DNA of 64,000 nucleotides from Polyangiaceae bacterium (GTDB lineage Bacteria; Myxococcota_A; Polyangia; Polyangiales; Polyangiaceae): NCBI GenBank assembly GCA_965222375.1, contig CBDCTZ010000011.1, positions 576,001 to 640,000 of the forward strand, read 5' to 3'. Shown piece by piece: positions 10,407 to 19,908 of this stretch (position 1 is its first letter; each line of letters starts with the position of its first letter). The notes under the pieces were generated by a model. It saw only the letters and a program-made list of their open reading frames with translations, ran no database searches and was not told where the DNA came from. The position numbers and the translations under genes were made by a program.

Positions 10407-13400
10407 ATGCTGAAGCCGTCTAGGCCGGCACTTCCGCGCATCACTGCGCATTGGCGCGACTTGTTTCACGCGCTGATGCCCTGCCGCGTCCGGGAGGTCC
10501 TTCTCGTTTCGTCGGCCTACGACGCATTTCTACTCGAAGAGGACGGTCCCCTGACCCGCCGGGTCTTCGCGACATTTTCCGAACTCGACCTCAGCTGGGC
10601 TCCCCGTATCACTCACGCATCATCGTCGGCGGATGCGCTTGCGTTGTTGAAGCGCCGTCCGTTTCAGCTGGTGTTGGTGGCCACGTCCTTGCAGGGCGTG
10701 GATGCGGCGGAAGTGGGCCGAGCGATCCGAGAGCAGCACCCCGACCTGCCGATCGTATTGATGGTTTTCGACGAGGCACAGTTGGCGGGCTTCGACGAAC
10801 CCGATGCGCCAAGCTGTTTCGACGAAGTGTTCTTGTGGAGTGGGGACGCCGGCATGCTCATCGCCGTCGTCAAGCTGATCGAGGACTCTTTAAACGTACA
10901 GCATGACGTCAAAGGTGGGGATGTTCAGGTGATCTTGGTCGTGGAGGACCGCGTACGCACGTACTCCAACTTCTTGGCGCTGCTGTATCCAGAGATGCTG
11001 CGGCAATCGCGCTCCTTGGTTGCCGAGGGCGTCAACGAGTGGCACCGACTTCTGCGTATCCACGCACGTCCGAAGATCATCTTGGTCAAGACTTTCGAGC
11101 AAGCCATCCAGATCTGTGACCGCTGGGCCGACAACCTGATGGGTGTGATCAGCGATGTGTCGTTTCCGCGCGATGGCCGCGAGCAAGAGGACGCGGGCGT
11201 GGAGTTGGCCCGCATCGTACGCCAGCGCGACGACCCACCACCGATGCTGCTGCAGTCCACGGATCCGTCGGTGATCGAACAGGCCCGCGAGCTGGACGTG
11301 TGGTTCGTCGACAAGAACGCACCGGATTTCATGACCACCGTGCGGCGCTTCCTGCAGGAGCAACTTGGATTCGGCGAATTCAAGTTCTTGGCGGACGACG
11401 GGCACACCATCACGACTGCGCGCAGCGTTCGGGAGATGGCCGAAGCTCTGGACACGGTTCCTCTAGAGTCGATCCTGCATCACGCGCGTCGCCACGACTT
11501 TTCACGCTGGCTCAAAGCGCGCTCCATGTTCCAGATCGCGCGGCATACCCGGGGGGTCTACATCTCGGATTTCCGCACTCCGGATCGCATTCGTTCCTAC
11601 TTACAGGACGTGCTCCACGAAGCCTCGGATCACGATCAAGCTGGAGTGGTTACGGATCTTGCGGCGGGTGCGCGGTCCCCGAGCAACCGCTTCATGCGAC
11701 TGGGTAGCGGCTCCATTGGCGGCAAGGCGCGCAGCATCGGCTTCGTCAGTGCGCTGCTGGTGCGCAGTCAGCTGCTCGATCGCTTTCCTGATCTGGAGAT
11801 TCGGATCCCGAAAACCGTTGCCATCAGCGTCGAGGAATTCGATGCGTTCATGAGTCGGGTCGACCTCAGGTCTATCGAAGGGAAAGACGACGCGGACGTG
11901 CGGCGACAGATGATGGAGGTGCCCCTTTCTCCGGAGCTTCTCGCCGAACTCCGCGAGGCCTACGCGGAACTGCAGGGCCCATTGGCGGTTCGCTCTTCGA
12001 GTCTGCGCGAAGACGCGCGTTTCCAACCCTTCGCCGGCGTGTACGCGACCTACATGTTGCCGAACAACCATCCGGATCCCGAGGTGCGCTTCTCGGAGCT
12101 GGGGCGAGCGATCAAGTCGGTCTACGCATCGATGTTTGCTCACCGTGCTCGCAAGTACGCCGCGGGTCGTCCCCACTCCGCCGAGGACGAGAAGATGGCG
12201 GTCATCGTGCAACAGGTCGTGGGGCAGCAGTTCGGCGATCGCTTCTACCCGCACATCTCCGGGGTCGCACAGTCCTTCAACTACTATCCAATCGGGGCGC
12301 AGCAGGCGAACGAGGGCCTGGCGGTGATCGTGCTGGGCATGGGGCAGATGGCGGTTTCAGGCGCGGGCGGTCTGCGCTTCAGCCCGGCGCACCCCAACGT
12401 GTTGCCCCAGTTTTCACGCCCGCAGCAAGTTCTGAAGAACTCCCAACAGCAATTCTACGCACTGGATCTTAGCTCTCCCATCGTCGACCTGAGCGCAGAT
12501 CCCTCTGAGCTTCTGCGCTTGTGGGACCTGAAAACCGCAGAAGAAGACGGCACCCTGCTGCTCGCTGGCAGCGTTTACTGTCAACAAGACAATGCTATAC
12601 GCGAGGGCCTCGCACTGAAGGGGCCCCGGGTGATCACCTTCAACAACGTGCTCAAGTGGGACGCCATTCCCTTGGCAGAGGCAATCCAGGAGCTACTCAA
12701 AGTGGTCGGTGGCGCGATGAGCTCGGAAGTCGAAATCGAGTTTGCCGTCGATATGGGCGATTGGGGTCGCCACGTCTCGGATGTGCGGCGCGCGCACGTT
12801 CCGCGGCTGTATGTCCTGCAGGCGCGGCCCATGGCGGGCCCAGAAAACGAATCCGCAGACTTCGACATTGGGGAGCTCGACGAAGAAGAGGTCGTGATCC
12901 GTACAGAACGCTCCCTTGGCAATGGTCGCATCGAGGACGTGCGCGACGTCGTCTATGTTTCCGACTCGGACCTGACCTCCGCCGACACGCCGCAGGTGGC
13001 GCGCGAGATTCACGAGGTTGACCAGGAACTCGGCGAACACGGTCGGCGCTATCTCCTGATCGGGCCGGGCCGTTGGGGCTCCGCAGACGCGTCTTTGGGC
13101 ATTCCGGTGGACTGGCCGCAGATCTGTCATGCCCGGGTGATCGTCGAGACGCCGTTGCGTGGTGAGTTCCTCGAGTCGTCCCAAGGCACGCACTTCTTTC
13201 ACAATCTCACCACCGCGCGGATCGGCTACCTGACGGTGACTCCTCAGGCTGACGCCTTCATCGACCAGGCTTGGCTGGACGCTCTGCCCGCGGCGCGCGA
13301 GGCTGGTCGGGTGCGTCACGTGCGGCTCGACGCCCCGCTCCGAATCATGCTCGACGGCCGCAACGGTCGCGCTGCGATCCTCCGCCCGAAGGAGCCCTAG
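10407..13400 (+). CDS. Receiver-like domains fused to a PEP/pyruvate-binding (PEP-synthase-like) domain
   Basis: GSIGGKARS, PLAVRSSSLRED, FAGVYATY, MAVIVQQVVG, LIGPGRWGS, SQGTHFFHNL; starts 6 bp after gdhA. Confidence 0.85.
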   Translation: MLKPSRPALPRITAHWRDLFHALMPCRVREVLLVSSAYDAFLLEEDGPLTRRVFATFSELDLSWAPRITHASSSADALALLKRRPFQLVLVATSLQGVDAAEVGRAIREQHPDLPIVLMVFDEAQLAGFDEPDAPSCFDEVFLWSGDAGMLIAVVKLIEDSLNVQHDVKGGDVQVILVVEDRVRTYSNFLALLYPEMLRQSRSLVAEGVNEWHRLLRIHARPKIILVKTFEQAIQICDRWADNLMGVISDVSFPRDGREQEDAGVELARIVRQRDDPPPMLLQSTDPSVIEQARELDVWFVDKNAPDFMTTVRRFLQEQLGFGEFKFLADDGHTITTARSVREMAEALDTVPLESILHHARRHDFSRWLKARSMFQIARHTRGVYISDFRTPDRIRSYLQDVLHEASDHDQAGVVTDLAAGARSPSNRFMRLGSGSIGGKARSIGFVSALLVRSQLLDRFPDLEIRIPKTVAISVEEFDAFMSRVDLRSIEGKDDADVRRQMMEVPLSPELLAELREAYAELQGPLAVRSSSLREDARFQPFAGVYATYMLPNNHPDPEVRFSELGRAIKSVYASMFAHRARKYAAGRPHSAEDEKMAVIVQQVVGQQFGDRFYPHISGVAQSFNYYPIGAQQANEGLAVIVLGMGQMAVSGAGGLRFSPAHPNVLPQFSRPQQVLKNSQQQFYALDLSSPIVDLSADPSELLRLWDLKTAEEDGTLLLAGSVYCQQDNAIREGLALKGPRVITFNNVLKWDAIPLAEAIQELLKVVGGAMSSEVEIEFAVDMGDWGRHVSDVRRAHVPRLYVLQARPMAGPENESADFDIGELDEEEVVIRTERSLGNGRIEDVRDVVYVSDSDLTSADTPQVAREIHEVDQELGEHGRRYLLIGPGRWGSADASLGIPVDWPQICHARVIVETPLRGEFLESSQGTHFFHNLTTARIGYLTVTPQADAFIDQAWLDALPAAREAGRVRHVRLDAPLRIMLDGRNGRAAILRPKEP

Positions 13401-13478
13401 CGGCGGTTGGAGCGCGCCGTCCACGCTCGGCGCGAGGCGTGTTAGCGGTCATGAAAAAGGGCGCATAGATGGGCGCGT

Positions 13479-14246
13479 CTAAGTGGGCTTGTTCGCCTTT
13501 TTGGAGGCGGCGCGTTCTTTGGCTTCCTTTGCGCGGTAACTCTGGCCCTGGATGTGGATGACTTCGCAGCGGTGGATGAGGCGATCGACCAAGGTGACGA
13601 CGCAGGCGGCGTGGGGAAAGACGTCGGGCCACTCGCTGAAGGGCTTGTTCGTGGTCAGGACGACGGGCTTGAGCGCCTCGTAGCGTCTGGTGACGACCTC
13701 GAAGAGCAGATCGGCATAGCGGCTGTCGTAGGAAAGGTAACCGACCTCGTCGACGCACAGGAGCTGCGGGTGGGTGTATTGGCGCAGGCGACGGCTGAGG
13801 GCGGCGCTGCTGTCTTGACCCGCAAGTTCGTTGAGCATGGCGCTGGCTGTGGTGAAACGCACCGTATAGCCGCGCATCACGCAGTGATGTGCGAGATTTT
13901 TGAGCAACATCGTCTTGCCGACGCCGTTGGGCCCAAGCAACACGGCATTGGCGCCTTCGGCGAATAGGTTGAGGCGAAAGAGCTCGTCGACGGAGCTCTT
14001 GTCGATCTTCTTCGGCCACTTCCAATCGAAGTCGGTGAGCGGCTTGAATCGACCCAGCCGGGCATTTTTGATGCGACGCTCCAGACTGCGCCGGGTGCGT
14101 TCGGCTTCCTCGTAGGCGAGCAACGGACCAAGCCAATCTGCGCTCACCACGTCGTCCCAGTTGGCCAGAAGACCGTGCAACCCCAGGCGGTGCGCACGCT
14201 CTCGCAGATCCTTGTCAGCCTGATCGCTCGTCGTCGTTGTCATCAT
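13479..14246 (-). CDS. istB: IS21 helper ATPase IstB
   Basis: Walker [42 protein letters not shown]. Confidence 0.95.
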   Translation of the reverse strand: MMTTTTSDQADKDLRERAHRLGLHGLLANWDDVVSADWLGPLLAYEEAERTRRSLERRIKNARLGRFKPLTDFDWKWPKKIDKSSVDELFRLNLFAEGANAVLLGPNGVGKTMLLKNLAHHCVMRGYTVRFTTASAMLNELAGQDSSAALSRRLRQYTHPQLLCVDEVGYLSYDSRYADLLFEVVTRRYEALKPVVLTTNKPFSEWPDVFPHAACVVTLVDRLIHRCEVIHIQGQSYRAKEAKERAASKKANKPT

Positions 14247-15726
14247 CGTCTCTCCCAATACCGTCGTAGTCGCTGAGTGAATGCGGGGTGACGACCGGGC
14301 CTTGCACGCGGTCGTCGTCGGGAAGATGTCGCCCCACGGGTGGAGGGGTGCCGCGCTCGTAGCGGCGTCGCTCCAGGACGTGGTGCACAGCCGCAAGGTG
14401 TGGTGTGCCGAGTTGCACAACCTCGGCCAGCGCAGCTTCCAGCTCCGCGGCCCCAACTCGGTCCAGCTGCTTGAGCATCGCAATCGTCGCGCCGCCCAAG
14501 TTCTTGCCCTGCTCGGCCAGCACTTTGAAAAGCTTTCGGGAAGATGGCGCCGCGTGATGCAAGCGATCAAGGCCGCGATGCGCGTGGGCTTGCCGTTTCC
14601 ACTCTGCAAGCGCCGCAATGTGTGCCGGCTCCTCGATCGCCTGACGGCGATCCCAGCACCGGGCGTGCTCCGCGATGGTGTCTTCACCGTCGAGGACACG
14701 CACGGTCGTCATGCTTGCCACCACGGTGAGGCTCCTGCGTGTATGCGTTGCCGGAATGGAGTAGTCGTTCAGGTCGAAACGCACGTAGGGCGTCTTGCCC
14801 ACGGCAACCTCGATGCGCTCGTCGGTCAAAAATGGATTGCTCGGTAGCTCCAACAGACGCGGCTTCTCTTCGGCGAAGGCCTCCGAGACGTTCAGGGTCT
14901 CATCCTCGGGACAACGACGCTCCGCCGCAGTGCCCAGGCACCAGTCGAGTGCTTGCTCATTCAGATCGTCGAGATCGCGATACTCGCGTGCGGCGAAGAA
15001 GCTGGATCTGATGTAGCGGATCGCGCGCTCGACGCGGCCCTTCTCATTGCCGCGTGCCACCGCGACTGGGCGTGGCTCGTAGCGATAGTGGCCAGCTAAC
15101 TCCAGCAGCGTGGGGTGAAAACGGATCGCATCGCCCTTGCGCTCCAGCACCGCACTCTTGAGATTGTCGTACAGCAGGACCCGTGGAACGCCTGCCCAGA
15201 AATCAAACGCAGACACATGCCCGTGAAGAAAACTCGACATGTTGGCGTTCAGGTAGAAGCGTAGAAACACCATCCGCGACCAGCTGAGCACCATCACAAA
15301 TGCCATCAGCTGCCGGCTCGCTCGCCCAACTGAAAGAGTCCCGAAATGCGCCCAATCCACTTGGCCCTGTTCGCCAGGCAGCGTGCGCAAACGCATGTAC
15401 GCTTCCGCTGTTGGTCGCGGTCTGTGTCGAGCGACGATGCGGCGAAAATGATCTGAGCCGCCCTGGTAGCCCCGCTCTTTCGCCATCGCGTAAACGCGGA
15501 TCGCCGGCAGCTTCGGGTACTGCGCCAGCGTCTCGATGATCAGTGGGACGTAGGGATCGGTAATTGACGGACGCAGACTCCGGGACACCGTGTCGACCCC
15601 GGCGTCTCGCAGGACACGCCGCACCGTGCCGTGGTGGATGCCAAGCTGCTGGGCAATCGTCCCGATCTTCCACTTCTCCGCGTGGTACAGCCGGAGGATT
15701 TCGGCTCTGCGCTCCTTGCTGATCAC
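14215..15726 (-). CDS. istA: IS21 transposase IstA
   Basis: N-terminal [28 protein letters not shown] (DDE). Confidence 0.96.
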   Translation of the reverse strand: MISKERRAEILRLYHAEKWKIGTIAQQLGIHHGTVRRVLRDAGVDTVSRSLRPSITDPYVPLIIETLAQYPKLPAIRVYAMAKERGYQGGSDHFRRIVARHRPRPTAEAYMRLRTLPGEQGQVDWAHFGTLSVGRASRQLMAFVMVLSWSRMVFLRFYLNANMSSFLHGHVSAFDFWAGVPRVLLYDNLKSAVLERKGDAIRFHPTLLELAGHYRYEPRPVAVARGNEKGRVERAIRYIRSSFFAAREYRDLDDLNEQALDWCLGTAAERRCPEDETLNVSEAFAEEKPRLLELPSNPFLTDERIEVAVGKTPYVRFDLNDYSIPATHTRRSLTVVASMTTVRVLDGEDTIAEHARCWDRRQAIEEPAHIAALAEWKRQAHAHRGLDRLHHAAPSSRKLFKVLAEQGKNLGGATIAMLKQLDRVGAAELEAALAEVVQLGTPHLAAVHHVLERRRYERGTPPPVGRHLPDDDRVQGPVVTPHSLSDYDGIGRDDDDNDDERSG

Positions 15727-16073
15727 CGCGCACCTCGTCCACGCATGCGACGAAAGTCACCCACGCCTCGTAGGCGCTTTGGGCGGGCGCGGCCGGCGAC
15801 CTCGTACTGCACGAGTTGGCTTTCCCCGGGCCATAGCTCGTCGCCAAACAGCCCCGAGTCGAGCCAACTTGGGCAGTTCTGCTCCGCAGTAATCGCAACG
15901 CAGAGCTTCGCCCCGCTCCACAGCGCGAGCCCTTCGAGCAATGTCAGAAGAGCGCGAGGGTGAGACGGTCGCAGCGACAGCCTCGCTTTCAGCACATCCC
16001 CTTGTTCCGGAGACGTCACCAGAAGCTGCATCTCCGTTTTCGAAACCTGAAGCTGGGCTGTCAGACGCATCAT
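15723..16073 (-). CDS. IS-encoded accessory hypothetical protein
   Basis: Inside the IS and overlapping the istA start (GTGA); [17 protein letters not shown]. Confidence 0.65.
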   Translation of the reverse strand: MMRLTAQLQVSKTEMQLLVTSPEQGDVLKARLSLRPSHPRALLTLLEGLALWSGAKLCVAITAEQNCPSWLDSGLFGDELWPGESQLVQYEVAGRARPKRLRGVGDFRRMRGRGAR

Positions 16074-16389
16074 TGGGGTTAGCCTCGAGGACGGCGTGCC
16101 GTGCCGCCTCACTCTCGGGTCCACTGCTGCGCCCGCTGGCGTCTAATGACGAGGGGTGATGCGTCACTTTTTCTCGCCGCCGCGCCCGGTGACGGGCTTG
16201 TCGCTCTGCGTGAAGCCGCGCTCCACGGCGCGTGCGCTGGTACCGAGCCCCCGCCTCTCGCACGCTTTGGCTGCGACTTATTGAAGCGCAGTCACTGCTG
16301 CAATACAGCTGCCCTCGGTCGCAACGTTGGCAAAGCTTCACCTGGCCGTGGCACCGCTGACAGTTGAAAAGCCGGAACGAATCGCTGAT
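15757..16389 (-). CDS. IS-encoded Cys-rich (zinc-binding) accessory protein
   Basis: RLFNCQRCHGQVKLCQRCDRGQLYCSSDC...RCDYCG. The frame is open upstream of GTG 16341 to an ATC preceded by GGAG. Confidence 0.6.
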   Translation of the reverse strand: MSDSFRLFNCQRCHGQVKLCQRCDRGQLYCSSDCASISRSQSVREAGARYQRTRRGARLHAERQARHRARRREKVTHHPSSLDASGRSSGPESEAARHAVLEANPNDASDSPASGFENGDAASGDVSGTRGCAESEAVAATVSPSRSSDIARRARAVERGEALRCDYCGAELPKLARLGAVWRRAMARGKPTRAVRGRRPRPPKAPTRRG

Positions 16390-16725
16390 CGCGGACTCCG
16401 CCCAGCAGTTTTCTGGATCCGTACGCCGCTATCAGCGATGCTTGCGCCACAACTGATCGCGGTTGGAAAGGCTCGGGTTGCGCCCCGGGCCTTTCATCTA
16501 TCTGGGCATCGAGATCATCCAAGCGCCCACCCGACCGGGCCCAATTTCACGCGCTCTATCCGACGGCGTAAATCCGGGCATCACTCACGCGCAAATATGG
16601 GCACCTCCGCCATGCCGCCCACTTAGACGCCGTTTCGGATGCCCGTTGACAAGGCGCGATGGCGGCCGTCGTCGAAATTCCGTATGCTTCGTATCACCTG
16701 GCACTTCGCCGGGTTGGAGATGCCC

Positions 16726-17817
16726 ATGAGCAAACAAGACGATCTGAGTCGCCGTCGTTTTCTGGGAGCCGCAACAACTTTGGCCGGTGTGACCCTGACG
16801 CCAGAGGTATTCGCTGCGGACAAGGCGGACAAGAAGAAAGCGTATATCGAGAGCCTGATCGCGAAGCCTCCCGCCGGGTTCAATCCCTATACCTCCAAGG
16901 GCAAGATCGTGAAGGTCACCAAGAGCGGGGACTTCGGCTCGATGATGCAGAAGAACCTGCTCTGGCCCAAGCCGGACGTTGCTCGCAGGATGTTGGAAAA
17001 AGCCCTCACGACTTTCACGGGCAAGTCCACCATCGCGCAGTCACTCGGGAAGTTCATTCACAAGAACGACTCGGTCGCCATCAAGGTCAATGGTATCGCC
17101 GGCCAGAGCGGCGGCACCATGGCCGTGAACTTCGAGCTGATCTTGCCAGTGGTCGAAGGTCTGATCGAACTCGGCGTGCCGCCGAACAAGATTGTCGTCT
17201 TCGAGCAGTTCGGTAGCTACTTGCGCGGCACGCGAATCAACGTCAAGGGCAACAAGCTTCCAAAGGGCGTCAAGGCGAAGATCCACGGCAACGGCCTGAC
17301 CAAAATGAAGAAGATCGCGGTTTTCGAGAAGATCCGCACGCAGTACGTCAAATTCTTCACGGAGGCGACTGCGGTGATCGACATGACGCAAATCAAGGAT
17401 CACTCGATCTGTGGCTACACGGGCTGTCTGAAGAACATCAGCCACGGCTGCATCACCAATCCCCAGAAGCATCACGCCCACAAGGCCAGCCCGCAGATCG
17501 CCGTACTCTACAATCACCCGATCGTGACGAGTCGAGTGCGACTGCACATCACTGACGGCTACAAGATCATCTACGACCAAGGGCCCCTCGACAAGAATCC
17601 GAAGCGCCGCATCCCCCACGGCGCGGTGTACGTCTCGACGGACCCAGTGGCCATGGACACCATCGGGTGGAAGATCATCGACGCGGCGCGCAAGGACAAC
17701 GGCATGAAGAGCCTCAAGCAAGTGCGTCGTGAGCCGACCTACATTGCCAAGGCTGCGGACTTCGGCCTCGGAGAGCATTCCCTGAGCAAGATCCGGATGA
17801 AGGAAGTGAGCATCTAG
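16726..17817 (+). CDS. DUF362 family protein with Tat signal
   Basis: SRRRFLG Tat motif; VAIKVN, IKDHSICGYTGCLKN, STDPVAMD. Confidence 0.85.
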   Translation: MSKQDDLSRRRFLGAATTLAGVTLTPEVFAADKADKKKAYIESLIAKPPAGFNPYTSKGKIVKVTKSGDFGSMMQKNLLWPKPDVARRMLEKALTTFTGKSTIAQSLGKFIHKNDSVAIKVNGIAGQSGGTMAVNFELILPVVEGLIELGVPPNKIVVFEQFGSYLRGTRINVKGNKLPKGVKAKIHGNGLTKMKKIAVFEKIRTQYVKFFTEATAVIDMTQIKDHSICGYTGCLKNISHGCITNPQKHHAHKASPQIAVLYNHPIVTSRVRLHITDGYKIIYDQGPLDKNPKRRIPHGAVYVSTDPVAMDTIGWKIIDAARKDNGMKSLKQVRREPTYIAKAADFGLGEHSLSKIRMKEVSI

Positions 17818-17916
17818 CCAGCCGGATTTGGGCGCGATTCCCCCGCGTTGGGGGGCCTTGGACAACATGACGGTTTGCTGACGAAGATCGCGCCGCCGCC
17901 GTCCTAGGCTGCAGGC

Positions 17917-18717
17917 ATGAGTTTGCCGCTCCCGATTATTGCCTTTTTCCTGGGGCATTGGTGGATCAGCGTCTTCTTCCAGACGTTCTTCCTGCATCGC
18001 TACGGTGCCCACCGCATGTTCACCATGTCGCCGCGCTGGGAGCGTTTCTTCTACGTCTGCACGTACTTGGCGCAGGGGTCTTCCTTCTTGAATCCCCGAG
18101 CGTACGCGATCCTGCACCGGATGCATCACGCCTATTCGGATACGCCGAAAGATCCCCACTCGCCGGTTCAGATCCCCAATCCGGTGCGAATGATGAACCG
18201 GACCCGTGACATCTATCGCGACATCCAATCCGGCAGGTTCCCCGTGGAAGAACGCTTCTTGGGTGGCTATCCCGAGTGGAAGGCTGTGGATCGGATCGGG
18301 GGCAGCTGGGTATCCAGTCTGACTTGGGGCGGGCTGTACACCTTGGTCTATCTGTACTTCGCGACGGAGTGGTGGCACCTGCTCTTTGCGCCGGTGTCTT
18401 GGTTCATGGGGCCCATCCACGGCGCCATCGTCAATTGGTTCGGTCATTGGGCGGGCTATCGGAACTTCGAGACCAAGGATGGCTCGAGGAACACGTTGCC
18501 CTTCGACTTCGTGACCCTCGGAGAGCTGTTTCAGAACAATCACCACCAGCATGGCTCGCGACCGAACTTCGCAGCTCGCAGGTGGGAACTCGACCCAACC
18601 TGGCCGGTGGTGTGGGTGCTGGATCGCGTCGGCGTGATTCGCTTGAGCGACAAGCGGGCGACGGCGAAAACCGTGGAAAGCCAAGCGACCGCGCCCGCGG
18701 TCAGCGCGAGGGTCTGA
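17917..18717 (+). CDS. Acyl-CoA (delta-9-type) fatty acid desaturase
   Basis: His boxes LHRYGAH, HRMHH, QNNHH. Confidence 0.92.
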   Translation: MSLPLPIIAFFLGHWWISVFFQTFFLHRYGAHRMFTMSPRWERFFYVCTYLAQGSSFLNPRAYAILHRMHHAYSDTPKDPHSPVQIPNPVRMMNRTRDIYRDIQSGRFPVEERFLGGYPEWKAVDRIGGSWVSSLTWGGLYTLVYLYFATEWWHLLFAPVSWFMGPIHGAIVNWFGHWAGYRNFETKDGSRNTLPFDFVTLGELFQNNHHQHGSRPNFAARRWELDPTWPVVWVLDRVGVIRLSDKRATAKTVESQATAPAVSARV

Positions 18718-18906
18718 AGCTTCCTAGCCGTTGCCGCCGTCTGCGACGGCGTGGATTCGGGCGCAGAAGTGGACGGCTTTGCGCGGCCTCTCCGGTGGCC
18801 TCTCACAGGACTTGGGGTTGAAGTTTGATGGCCCCCGTGCAGGCGCGTCTACTAGTGGGGAGACACCTGCTGCGGCGTCAATCTCTCAAGCACGACGAGT
18901 CCAACC

Positions 18907-19341
18907 ATGACCGCATACCGAAGGGTGGGGCACAATCAAGGCACGAAATCCCAGGATTTGCCGAATTTCCAGGTAAACAAGTCGGTGGCGCACTACAGTA
19001 GCATCGCCATCATCGAGCGCTTCTTTCGCTCTCTCAAAGACGAGATGCTCTGGCGCCTTCCGGTCTTGATGCTCTCGCTGCCGAAGATGCGCGCCGAGGT
19101 CGCTGCCTACGTCGAGTGGTATCATGAGCATCGACCGCACATGGCTCTGGGTGGCGCCACCCCTGCGGAGTTTCGTGATGGGCGTACGCCCGCGCGCGAC
19201 CTGCCTCGCTGGGAGCCTCGCGCGAGCGTTCCGCTCGCGCGAGGCGACCCCGCCAAGCGCGTTGCGGGTTTGCAGCTCGTGACCGAGCGCGTCCAAGGCC
19301 GCAACCACCTGCCCATTGTCTCGCTCCGCGACGCCGCTTGA
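18907..19341 (+). pseudogene. Truncated integrase-core (rve) transposase fragment
   Basis: IERFFRSLKDE...WYHEHRPHMALGGATPAE is the C-terminal core only. Confidence 0.75.
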
Positions 19342-19593
19342 ACGCCGCAATGCGTTTCGCATCGTGGTCCGTGCAGGGACACGTGCGTCTGCATTTCGGG
19401 ATCTTGCTACGGGGAACGTACTGCGACGCTCGAACACGTCCTTCCACCAATGCGTGATGCAGCGCGGGGCGCGATCACAAGGCGAAATGCCACTCATGCT
19501 GTGCTCGAAATCTCCCAAAAGTCCGCTGAACAAGTCGCTGACGCAATACAGGGGCGCCACGCTGTGCGGCAGGCGGCGTCGCGAGCACGGACC

Positions 19594-19632
19594 GGCCAGC
19601 GCGACGGCCCCTGGCCCCCCGTCGCGCTGGCC
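19594..19632. terminator. GC-rich hairpin downstream of the toxin operon
   Basis: Perfect 14 bp IR GGCCAGCGCGACGG / CCGTCGCGCTGGCC with an 11 nt loop, 30 bp after the last stop; no U-tract. Confidence 0.5.
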
Positions 19633-19662
19633 TGGGGACGGAGTTGGAAACCGTCATCGTTC

Positions 19663-19908
19663 TCATCTGAAGCGCAAGTCTTCGTCGGAAGGAATCTGTC
19701 CGCCATGAAAAATAGTTTGCGCCCAGAATGTAGGCTCTTCGTGATACGTGACCTGTTGGTACCCGGGAACAGTTTGCCCATGCCAATGGCGGTTCATTCG
19801 TGCAACAGCCTCAGGCTCAGACAACCCATAGAGACGAATCATCTCGAGCACGATTGCTTCGCAGAATTCCTGTGCTTCATCATCTTCAACGGTGAATTCG
19901 AACTTCAT
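19663..19908 (-). CDS. Putative cognate immunity protein (81 aa, acidic)
   Basis: ATGA overlap with the toxin stop; small helical acidic ORF with YHEEPTFWA. Confidence 0.7.
   Translation of the reverse strand: MKFEFTVEDDEAQEFCEAIVLEMIRLYGLSEPEAVARMNRHWHGQTVPGYQQVTYHEEPTFWAQTIFHGGQIPSDEDLRFR

Larger units (their letters stand above)
13440..16651 (-). mobile_element. Complete IS21-family insertion sequence (3212 bp) with istA, istB and two accessory ORFs
   Basis: Imperfect 35 bp terminal IRs (TGTTAGCGGTCATG...TGGGC and, on the minus strand, TGTCAACGGGCATC...TGGGC); 5 bp target duplication AGGCG at 13435-13439 and 16652-16656. Confidence 0.93.

Noticed and set aside
18860..19555. Intact insertion sequence around the integrase fragment
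   Set aside because: Only the C-terminal core remains; convincing terminal IRs or a target duplication were not found.
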